From positions 34,817-98,816 of the forward strand of contig JAIBAU010000006.1 in assembly GCA_019695035.1 (NCBI GenBank): a stretch of 64,000 nucleotides of DNA, read 5' to 3'. A program made the position numbers and the translations under genes. The stretch comes from Caulobacteraceae bacterium (GTDB lineage Bacteria; Pseudomonadota; Alphaproteobacteria; Caulobacterales; Caulobacteraceae). Shown here piece after piece: positions 54,887 through 64,000 of the stretch; the first letter of the stretch is position 1, and each line of letters starts with the position of its first letter. Under the pieces are notes generated by a model. That model saw only the letters and a list, made by a program, of their open reading frames with translations. It was not told the origin of the DNA and did no database searches.

Positions 54887-55573
54887 ATGACCCACCCCTA
54901 CGCCGCCGGCCAGGTCTGGACCTACCGCACCCGTCCGCAGGACGAGGGCTCGCTGGTGAAGATCCAGCTCGTCGAGCCCTATGGCCGCGAGGGTCTCGAC
55001 AAGGTGTTCCACGTCTCCCTGATCGGGCTGACCTTCGAGAACGGCTACGTCCGCCCCGAAGTCGCCCACGCGCCGGTCAGCCGCGAGACGCTGGACGCGA
55101 GCGTGCTCGAGCGGGTCGAGACGGAGGACGAATTCCCCAACCATGCCGAGGGGCTGATGAGCTGGCGGGAGGGAGAGGGCGGCGTCTTCACCATCACCCT
55201 GGCGGAGCTGGCCGCCATGTTCGACCAGGTGACGGCCGGCTTCGTGGGCGAGACCGACAACCTCTATTTCCGCACCGACTGGACCCATGGGCGGCCCGAC
55301 GATCCGGTCTCGGTCATGTACGAGGTCGCCCCCGACGGCCGCGTGCTGCGCACCATGCACGTCTTCCCAGACGGCGGCGGGGTGCTGACCTCAGTGGAGG
55401 ACTTCGAGGACCTGCCGCAACCGGCCAGCCTCGTCGACGGCAACTTCTTCGGCACCTGGAAGGACGTGCCGCTCGGCGAGCCCTACGGGGACCAGGGCGA
55501 CGGGGAGTCCGTCCTCCTCACCCAGCGCGACCCGCGGGAATTCGCCGAGCTGTGGGACGCCAATCGCGGCTGA
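54887..55573 (+). CDS. hypothetical two-domain protein (its C-terminal domain is paralogous to the preceding gene)
   Basis: Starts at MTHPYAAGQVWTYRTRP, 1 nt after the preceding stop, with GGGAG upstream. 228 aa. Confidence 0.65.
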   Translation: MTHPYAAGQVWTYRTRPQDEGSLVKIQLVEPYGREGLDKVFHVSLIGLTFENGYVRPEVAHAPVSRETLDASVLERVETEDEFPNHAEGLMSWREGEGGVFTITLAELAAMFDQVTAGFVGETDNLYFRTDWTHGRPDDPVSVMYEVAPDGRVLRTMHVFPDGGGVLTSVEDFEDLPQPASLVDGNFFGTWKDVPLGEPYGDQGDGESVLLTQRDPREFAELWDANRG

Positions 55574-55589
55574 AGCCTGACCGCAGAAG

Positions 55590-57464
<1,875 letters not shown>

Positions 57465-57683
57465 GGCCGGCCTTGTGCCTGATTGGCTCCGCTGTGCGAA
57501 GGGTCCATTAACCGCTTGCGACGAAACGTGCCGCCACGCTCGGCGAAGCCTGCACGGCGCCTGCATGAGGCGAGGACGGAACGGCGAATTCCCCGCCATG
57601 GTTTCGCCCGTAGCCGATGCCAGGGTGAGGGGCTAAAGCTAAGGGGCGTAGCCTTCATACCGAGGGTCGGGAGTTAATCAGGA

Positions 57684-59762
57684 ATGGCCAGCGGCCCCGC
57701 GCCCAAGCGCAAGCGCAAACCCCTTGAGGCCTTCGCCTACTGGACCGCCGTCGCCGGGGTCTGGGGGCTGATCTTTCTCGTTGCCTTCCTGGCCATTTTC
57801 GCTCGCGGCCTGCCCGACACCTCCAAGCTCGACCAGCCGGAAGTGCAGCACTCGGTGACCTATCTTGACCGTAATGGCGCGGTCATCGCCGTCCGGGGCA
57901 GTCAGTCCGGATCGCCGGTGAACATCGACGAGCTGCCGCCGTACGTCCCCGCCGCTTTCATCGCGGTGGAAGACCGGCGTTTCTACCACCACCCCGGCTT
58001 CGACCCGATCGGGATGATGCGCGCCCTGGTGCGCAACGCCAGGGCCGGCCGCACGGTGGAGGGGGGGTCGACGCTGACCCAGCAGCTGGCCCGCAACCTT
58101 TTCCTGACGCCCGACCAAAACATGCGCCGCAAGATCCAGGAGATCATGCTGGCCGTCTGGCTCGAGGCCAAGTTCTCCAAGAAGGAGATCCTCGCCCTCT
58201 ACCTCAACCGGGTCTATTTCGGGGCGGGCGCTTACGGCATCGAGGCGGCCTCCCAGCGCTATTTCGACAAGCCGGCGCGGCAGCTCACGGTGGGCGAGGC
58301 GGCGCTGCTTGCAGGTTTGATGAAGGCGCCGTCCCGCTACAGCCCCGTCTCCGAAAGCGAGCGCGCCGCCACGCGCGCGACCGTCGTCCTGAACGAGATG
58401 GAGCGGGCCCGCGTCATCACGCCGGAGCAGCGCGCCGAGGCGGTCTCGCACCCTGTTCGGGTCTCACGCACCCTCGCAACCGCGCACGCCTCCTATTTCG
58501 TGGACTGGCTGGACACCGAGCTGCGCGCCCTGGTCGGCGAGCCGCCCGAGGATCTCGTGGTCGAAACCACCCTGGACCTGCCTATCCAGACCGCAGCAGA
58601 GCGGTCGGTTCAGGCCATTCTCAAGCGCGACAAGTCGCGCCGTGTCGAACAGGCCGCCCTTGTGGCGCTGGACGGCGAAGGACGGGTGCGCGCCATGATC
58701 GGCGGCGGCAACTACGCGGAAAGCCAGTTCAACCGGGCCGTGGACGCCCGCCGCCAGGCTGGATCGGCGTTCAAACCCTTCGTGTATCTCGCCGCTATGG
58801 AAGCGGGCATGACCCCGATGACCCCGGTGGTCGACGAACCGATCCGCATCGGCAGCTGGGAGCCGCGGAATTACTCCGGTCGCTATTCGGGCCCCATGAA
58901 CCTGCAGGTCGCGCTGCAGCACTCCGTCAACACCGTGGCCGCCCGCGTCGCCGACACCGTCGGGCGGGACAAGGTCGCTGCGGTCGCCCATCGTCTGGGC
59001 GTAAGTTCGCAGATCGGTCTGCAGCCTTCCATGGCGCTGGGCGCCGTGGAGGTGTCGCCTCTCGAGATGGCCCAGGCTTATGCCCCGTTCGCGAACGGGG
59101 GCCTGCGGGTACAGGCCCACGGGATCAACCGCATACGGACCCGTTCGGGCCGTGTACTCTATCAGTGGCGTGAGGGCGCCCAGGACGGCGGCAGGGTCTC
59201 TGTGATCGCCAACCCGCCGCTCAGCTATATGAACTACATGATGCGCTCAGTGATGGCGTCTGGCGGTACGGGCGCCGGGGCGGCCATCTCGGGCTTCGAC
59301 CTGGCAGGCAAGACGGGCACCACCTCGGATTACAAGGACGCCTGGTTTGTCGGCTACACCGGCGGCTTCGTCACGGCCGTATGGGTCGGCAAGGATGACA
59401 ACAAGCCGATGAAGGGTGTCTCCGGGGGCCAGTCCCCGGCCGCCATCTGGAAAGCTTTCATGACCGCCGCCCTGCCGCGACTCTCGGTTGGCGGGATTCC
59501 CGCCGGACCCAATCCGCCGGCCAACATGGGCGATCCCATCGGCGATCTGCTGGACGGCATGGGTGAATGGTTCCAGGGCTCGGGCGACATCCCGCCGGTC
59601 GAAGGGGCGACCCCGCCGGCGGCCGACGATCCCGGCCGCATGGACCCCATCCCTAACCCCGAGCCGGAGCCGCGGGATGATCCGGACGCCGTTCCCGACC
59701 GGGGCCCCGCTCCGCCGCCGCCGCCTGAGAAAAAGAAGAAGGAAGACCCGCTCTTCTTCTGA
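57684..59762 (+). CDS. class A penicillin-binding protein (PBP1A family transglycosylase/transpeptidase)
   Basis: 692 aa. It has a TM anchor, glycosyltransferase motifs (EDRRFYHHPG, GGSTLTQQ), transpeptidase motifs SAFK, SVN and KTGT, and a Pro-rich tail. Confidence 0.93.
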   Translation: MASGPAPKRKRKPLEAFAYWTAVAGVWGLIFLVAFLAIFARGLPDTSKLDQPEVQHSVTYLDRNGAVIAVRGSQSGSPVNIDELPPYVPAAFIAVEDRRFYHHPGFDPIGMMRALVRNARAGRTVEGGSTLTQQLARNLFLTPDQNMRRKIQEIMLAVWLEAKFSKKEILALYLNRVYFGAGAYGIEAASQRYFDKPARQLTVGEAALLAGLMKAPSRYSPVSESERAATRATVVLNEMERARVITPEQRAEAVSHPVRVSRTLATAHASYFVDWLDTELRALVGEPPEDLVVETTLDLPIQTAAERSVQAILKRDKSRRVEQAALVALDGEGRVRAMIGGGNYAESQFNRAVDARRQAGSAFKPFVYLAAMEAGMTPMTPVVDEPIRIGSWEPRNYSGRYSGPMNLQVALQHSVNTVAARVADTVGRDKVAAVAHRLGVSSQIGLQPSMALGAVEVSPLEMAQAYAPFANGGLRVQAHGINRIRTRSGRVLYQWREGAQDGGRVSVIANPPLSYMNYMMRSVMASGGTGAGAAISGFDLAGKTGTTSDYKDAWFVGYTGGFVTAVWVGKDDNKPMKGVSGGQSPAAIWKAFMTAALPRLSVGGIPAGPNPPANMGDPIGDLLDGMGEWFQGSGDIPPVEGATPPAADDPGRMDPIPNPEPEPRDDPDAVPDRGPAPPPPPEKKKKEDPLFF

Positions 59763-59778
59763 TGCGCCGTCGGGGGCG

Positions 59779-60504
59779 TCAGCGCCCGATCGCGTGCAGT
59801 TCGCTTCCGTGCGCCTTGAGCCAGGCGCGGCCTTCCAGGCGCGCGCCGACCAGGGTCTTCACCACGCTCCAGAAGCTGGGGCTGTGGTCGGCGTGCACGA
59901 GATGGGCGACCTCATGGGCGGCCACGTAGTCCAGGACGTGAGGGGGGGCGAGGATGAGGCGCCAGGAATAGCGGATTGAATGACGCCCGGGGGTGCAGGA
60001 ACCCCAGCGGCTACGGGGGTCCCCGAGGCCAACCCGGGGCGTTCTGAGCCCCAGCGTCCGCGCGTGATGGGCCGTGCGTTCGCTGAGGTCCCTGAGGGCC
60101 TCGCGCCTCAGCAGATTCTCGACCCTTCGGGCGAACGCCTCGCCTTCACCGCCGGACAGGATAACCGGGCCGTCGAGCTCCTCGACGATACGGGCGGCGG
60201 AAGCGTTTCCAGTTGCGATCAACCGCACCAATCGACCCCGCAAGGGCGCCTTGCCGTCCGGAGCGAAGGGCCGGGACCGGGGTCCGGCCGCGAGGCGTTC
60301 AAGGGCCCAGCCGGACCGCTCCCGGGCGAAGCCGGCCGCTTCAGGGAGGCGCCGCTGGGACGGGGCCACGGCCACGGCTTCCCCGCGCGCCGCGTCAATT
60401 CGGAGCGATACCCGGCGGGCCCGCCGGTTGACCTTCAACCGCACGCGCAGCCCGTCAATGTCCAGAACGTCCCCGTCGTTGAAGCGGGGCCGGAAGAGGT
60501 TCAT
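59779..60504 (-). CDS. M48-type metallopeptidase (YgjP/DUF45-like)
   Basis: 241 aa with YVAAHEVAHLVHADHSPSFW (HExxH). The ATG overlaps the phaZ stop (ATGA at 60501-60504). Confidence 0.85.
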   Translation of the reverse strand: MNLFRPRFNDGDVLDIDGLRVRLKVNRRARRVSLRIDAARGEAVAVAPSQRRLPEAAGFARERSGWALERLAAGPRSRPFAPDGKAPLRGRLVRLIATGNASAARIVEELDGPVILSGGEGEAFARRVENLLRREALRDLSERTAHHARTLGLRTPRVGLGDPRSRWGSCTPGRHSIRYSWRLILAPPHVLDYVAAHEVAHLVHADHSPSFWSVVKTLVGARLEGRAWLKAHGSELHAIGR

Positions 60505-61775
60505 TCGGCGGCGATCGGCAGGCTCTGGATCTCGTCCGCCGCGCGGATGAAGTCCCGGATGCGGGGATAGATTTCCTCGCGGAAGCGGCGACCGTTGAAG
60601 ACGCCGTAGTGGCCGATGCCCGGCTGCACCAGAAGCTCGCGCTTGTCTGCGGGAATGTTGCGGCAGACCTTGTGTGCGGCCTGGGTCTGGCCGACGCCGG
60701 AGATGTCGTCCTCCGCCCCTTCGACCGTCATCAGGGCGATGTCGCGAATGGCGTCGCAGTCCACCCGGCGACCGTCCTTGTGCATCAGCTCGCCCTTGGG
60801 CAGCAGGTACTGCTGAAACACGACGTCGATGGTCTGAAGGTAAAACTCCTCGGTCAGGTCCAGGACCGACAGATATTCGTCGTAGAATTCCTGGTGCTTG
60901 GCGGCGCTGTCACCGTCGCCTTTCACCAGGTTGCCGAAGTAATCCCAGTGAGCGTCCACGTGGCGCTCTTCGTTCATCGACATGAAGCTGTAGAGCTGGA
61001 CGAACCCGGGATAGACCCGACGGCCCACGCCCGGATAGGGCGCCGGCACCGTGTGGATCATGTTGGACTTGAACCAGGTGAATGGCTTCTCTTCGGCCAG
61101 CTTGTTGGTCACCGTCGGTGAAAGGCGCGCGTCGATCGGCGAGCCCATGAAGGTCATCGACGCCGGCCGTGAGGTTTCGCCGTCCTCGGCCATCAGGGCG
61201 GCGGCGGCCAGGGTCGGTGGGCCCGGCTGGCAAACGGCCACGACGTGGGGCCGCGACCCCAGGGCGCGCAGCATCTCGCGTACGTGGTCGATGTAGTCAT
61301 AGAAGTCGAACCGACCTTCCAGCACCGGCACCTGGCGGGCGTTGGTCCAATCGGTGACATAGACCTCGTGGTCCTTCAGGAACTGCTTGACCGTGCCGCG
61401 GAGCAGGGTGGCGTAGTGGCCGGAAAGGGGCGCGACGATAAGCACGGCCGGCTCGAACTGGGCTCGCCCGGCGCGCCGCAGGTCATTGCGATCGCGCGCG
61501 AAGTGGATCATGCGGCACCAGGGCGACGACCAGGCGGTGACCTGCCGGACGCGTACGTCGACGCCCTCGATCTCGACCGCGTCGATGCCCCAGGCGGGCT
61601 TGCCGTAGCGCTTCGTCAGGTTCGCGAACAACTCGGCCGAGGCGTAGAGGGTCCGACCCATGGCGGTGTCGCTGGCGGGATTGGCCGTGGAGCCCCAGAA
61701 CTGCCGCGCCATCTGGGCCGCCAGCCGGAGGGGCGAAGCGGCGTGGTAGGCGTATTCGTGGAGAGCGTAGAGCAT
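60501..61775 (-). CDS. phaZ: intracellular polyhydroxyalkanoate depolymerase
   Basis: 424 aa with MLYALHEYAYHAASPLR... and the conserved pattern of alphaproteobacterial PhaZ. Confidence 0.9.
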   Translation of the reverse strand: MLYALHEYAYHAASPLRLAAQMARQFWGSTANPASDTAMGRTLYASAELFANLTKRYGKPAWGIDAVEIEGVDVRVRQVTAWSSPWCRMIHFARDRNDLRRAGRAQFEPAVLIVAPLSGHYATLLRGTVKQFLKDHEVYVTDWTNARQVPVLEGRFDFYDYIDHVREMLRALGSRPHVVAVCQPGPPTLAAAALMAEDGETSRPASMTFMGSPIDARLSPTVTNKLAEEKPFTWFKSNMIHTVPAPYPGVGRRVYPGFVQLYSFMSMNEERHVDAHWDYFGNLVKGDGDSAAKHQEFYDEYLSVLDLTEEFYLQTIDVVFQQYLLPKGELMHKDGRRVDCDAIRDIALMTVEGAEDDISGVGQTQAAHKVCRNIPADKRELLVQPGIGHYGVFNGRRFREEIYPRIRDFIRAADEIQSLPIAAE

Positions 61776-61805
61776 GAACGACCCGACTCGCGCTGCGAAC
61801 TAAGG

Positions 61806-61836
61806 TGCAGCGCACCATAGATAGGGATGCGCTGCA
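61806..61836. promoter_or_regulatory. pair of TGC-N3-GCA palindromes upstream of phaZ (candidate PhaR-type operator)
   Basis: TGCAGCGCA (61806-14) and its exact reverse complement TGCGCTGCA (61828-36) lie 31-61 nt upstream of the phaZ ATG. Confidence 0.35.
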
Positions 61837-61876
61837 AAAAGATTATCGCCGGAAGCGTTTTATCGGGCTTTTTGTC

Positions 61877-62512
61877 TCAGCGCCCCTGCTGCATGGCGTC
61901 GCGGACGATCCCAGTCGTCTGCTCGACGGACAACCCGTAGGGGATGGGGGCGCGGAAGGCGCCGTCCGGCCCCATGAGGTAGGACAGGGTCGAGTGGTCC
62001 ATCAGGTAGTCGGGTCCTTCTCCCTTTCTGGCGAAGAAGATCCTGTATTCCTTTGCTGCGGCGGCGACCTGCCCCGGCGTCCCGGTCAATCCCACCGCGC
62101 CCTTCAAGCCGACGCTGTCGAGGTAGGCCTTCAGGGCCGCAGGCGTGTCCCGTGCGGGATCAATGCTGATGAAGACGACCTGAAGCTTCTCGCCGTCCGG
62201 TCCCAGGGCTTTCCGAACGCCCGCCATGGTCTGCAAGGTGGTGGGGCAAACGTCCGGACAATAGGTGTAGCCAAAGAAGACGACACTCCATTTTCCCTGG
62301 AGAAGCCGCTGGTCGACCACCTGCCCATTCTGGTCGACGAGTTCGAAAGGCCCTCCCACAGCAGCGCTGCCGTGGGTGATCACAGGCCCTGAAATCCCGG
62401 CTTCGCTTGCGGCGCCCATGGGCCGATCGTGCGTTATCTTCCATGCGACCCCTGCGATAACGGCGGCGGCGGCGAGGCAGACGACAGAGACGATGACGGG
62501 CAGGCGGCTCAA
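61877..62512 (-). CDS. senC: SCO family copper chaperone / thiol-disulfide protein (SenC/PrrC-like)
   Basis: FFGYTYCPDVCPTTL and DHS motifs. The start is proposed at TTG 62512, preceded by GGAGAG. The track ORF extends to 62593 but would then overlap the regB start. Confidence 0.8.
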   Translation of the reverse strand: MSRLPVIVSVVCLAAAAVIAGVAWKITHDRPMGAASEAGISGPVITHGSAAVGGPFELVDQNGQVVDQRLLQGKWSVVFFGYTYCPDVCPTTLQTMAGVRKALGPDGEKLQVVFISIDPARDTPAALKAYLDSVGLKGAVGLTGTPGQVAAAAKEYRIFFARKGEGPDYLMDHSTLSYLMGPDGAFRAPIPYGLSVEQTTGIVRDAMQQGR

Positions 62513-62578
62513 CGGAAACTCTCCAGCAATCCTCGCCGGGCGTCGCACGCCGGGCGCAGCGCCTGTATAGGCGCAACC

Positions 62579-63943
62579 ATGGCAGCCGCCCAACCCGCCG
62601 AATCCCAGAGGTCACAGGTCGCCGCGCCTCCGCCTCCGCGCGCTCTCGAGTGGGACGCGCCGCTCAGCCGTCGCGGGAAAATGCGGCTGCGAACCCTGCT
62701 GGCGCTGCGTTGGGTCGCCGTCGCCGGGCAGGCCGCCATGCTGGCCATGGTCGGCTTGGTGCTGCACCTGCCGGCGCCCTGGATTCCTTGCCTGCTGGTG
62801 ATCAGCGCCTCGGTCGCCTTCAACGTGGCCATCATCTTCCTGGCCCGGGGGCGCAACCTGGCCCGGGACTCGGAAGCGGCCTGGCAGCTCGCCTTCGATG
62901 TCGTGCAACTCGCGGTTCTACTGGGCTTCGTCGGAGGTCTGGCCAACCCCTTCGCCATCCTGTTGATGGCGCCGCCCTCCGTGGCCGCCGGAGCCCTGTC
63001 CACGCGCCGCATGCTGGTCATTGCGAGCCTTTCCGCAGCGGCGGTCCTGATCCTCTACTTCTGGTCCCTGCCCCTGCCGTGGGTCGGCCAGCTGCCAATC
63101 TTGCCAGAGACGTACCGCATGGCGGTCGCCGCGGCCCTGATCATGGGAATCCTGTTCACAGCGGGATTCGCCTGGCACGCCGCAGGCGAGGGCGCCCGCA
63201 TGGAGCTGGCACTGGCCGCGACGGAGGCGGTACTCGCGCGCGAACAGAGGCTCTCCGCGCTTGGCGGCCTGGCCGCCGCCGCGGCGCACGAACTGGGCAC
63301 GCCCCTGGCGACAATCCAGGTCGTGGCCAAGGAGTTGTTGAGATCGTCGCCCGCTGACGACCCGGTCGCGGAGGACGCACGGCTGCTGCTTCAGCAGGCG
63401 CAGCGCTGCCGCGAGATTCTCAAGAACCTGTCCGAGCGGACAGAGGACGGCGACGCTGTCTACGCACGTCTCGGGCTCGCGCAGCTGCTCAACGAGGTGG
63501 TGGAGCCCTACCGTCGCATCGGACCGACGTTCGTCACGGCCGTCGAAGGTCCGCCGGGGGACTTCGTACCCGACGTGCGCCGACTGCCGGAGATGGTGCA
63601 CGCCCTGGCGGCCTTCGCCGAGAACGCCGCTGACTTCGCCCTCGACGAGGTCCGGGTGACGGCTCGCTTCGACGACCACGCCATCACCATCGAGACCCGC
63701 GACGACGGTCCCGGATTCGCGCCGGAGATCCTGGCCAAGCTCGGTGAGCCGTATGTCACGTCCCGGCCGTCGGGTGAGGACTCGCCCTCCCACCATCAGG
63801 GCATGGGTCTGGGCTTCTTCATCGCGAAGACCCTTCTCGAGCGGGCCGGCGCGCGGGTGTCCTTCACCAACGACGAGGAGTACGGCGGAGCCGTGGTGAC
63901 GGTCGCCTGGCCTCGGCGCATCATCGAAGCCCCGGACGGGTAG
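62579..63943 (+). CDS. regB: RegB/PrrB/ActS family redox-responsive sensor histidine kinase
   Basis: Starts at MAAAQPAES. It has about six TM helices, the H-box AAAAHELGTPLATI and an HATPase domain. It is divergent from senC, as at the classical reg/prr locus. Confidence 0.85.
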   Translation: MAAAQPAESQRSQVAAPPPPRALEWDAPLSRRGKMRLRTLLALRWVAVAGQAAMLAMVGLVLHLPAPWIPCLLVISASVAFNVAIIFLARGRNLARDSEAAWQLAFDVVQLAVLLGFVGGLANPFAILLMAPPSVAAGALSTRRMLVIASLSAAAVLILYFWSLPLPWVGQLPILPETYRMAVAAALIMGILFTAGFAWHAAGEGARMELALAATEAVLAREQRLSALGGLAAAAAHELGTPLATIQVVAKELLRSSPADDPVAEDARLLLQQAQRCREILKNLSERTEDGDAVYARLGLAQLLNEVVEPYRRIGPTFVTAVEGPPGDFVPDVRRLPEMVHALAAFAENAADFALDEVRVTARFDDHAITIETRDDGPGFAPEILAKLGEPYVTSRPSGEDSPSHHQGMGLGFFIAKTLLERAGARVSFTNDEEYGGAVVTVAWPRRIIEAPDG

Positions 63944-64000
63944 CACGCCCGGCTTGAACCAAAAGTAGCGCAGGCGAATTATGCACCGTAGCTGAACGTG

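Noticed and set aside
62513-62593. The N-terminal extensions of the senC ORF (to 62593) and the regB ORF (from 62429), which would overlap head-to-head.
   Set aside because: The extensions are non-hydrophobic and Cys/Gly/Arg-rich, and they precede the real TM and signal segments. Internal starts at TTG 62512 (with GGAGAG upstream) and ATG 62579 remove the overlap.

Overview
This is a high-GC alphaproteobacterial chromosome segment, about two-thirds G+C by eye. It looks Caulobacterales-like: it has a DivL-type kinase with Tyr in the H-box, MmcB, and GANTC-rich dnaA and dnaN leaders. The window is densely packed with core housekeeping genes. From left to right these are sdhDC, a HIT protein, and the TCA cluster mdh / sucC / sucD / sucA / sucB. 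They are followed by divL, cobB, blc, mmcB, coaBC-dut and dapB. Next come the heat-shock loci dnaKJ and hrcA-grpE, then rph-mutM and rpsT. The replication cluster dnaA-dnaN-recF-gyrB follows, then recQ, a class A PBP, phaZ and a divergent senC/regB pair. I found no rRNA, tRNA, CRISPR array, transposase or integrase. The non-routine observations are small and local:
- mutM is frameshifted at a G8 run and is fused by read-through to the next gene.
- A DUF4199 gene carries an in-frame amber stop.
- Two translationally coupled secreted-protein genes sit between sucC and sucD.
- There are two independent pairs of tandem paralogous genes of unknown function, at 5.3-6.3 kb and just after gyrB.
- divL is translationally coupled to an unusual HAD hydrolase gene, at the position where lpdA is often found.
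- A roughly 4 kb accessory block lies between hrcA and rph.
- Candidate regulatory sites include an SOS box at mmcB, a sigma32 promoter at dnaK, GANTC clusters, repeats in the dnaA leader, and TGC-N3-GCA palindromes upstream of phaZ.

No complete, clearly novel multi-gene system such as a defence island could be supported from the sequence alone.
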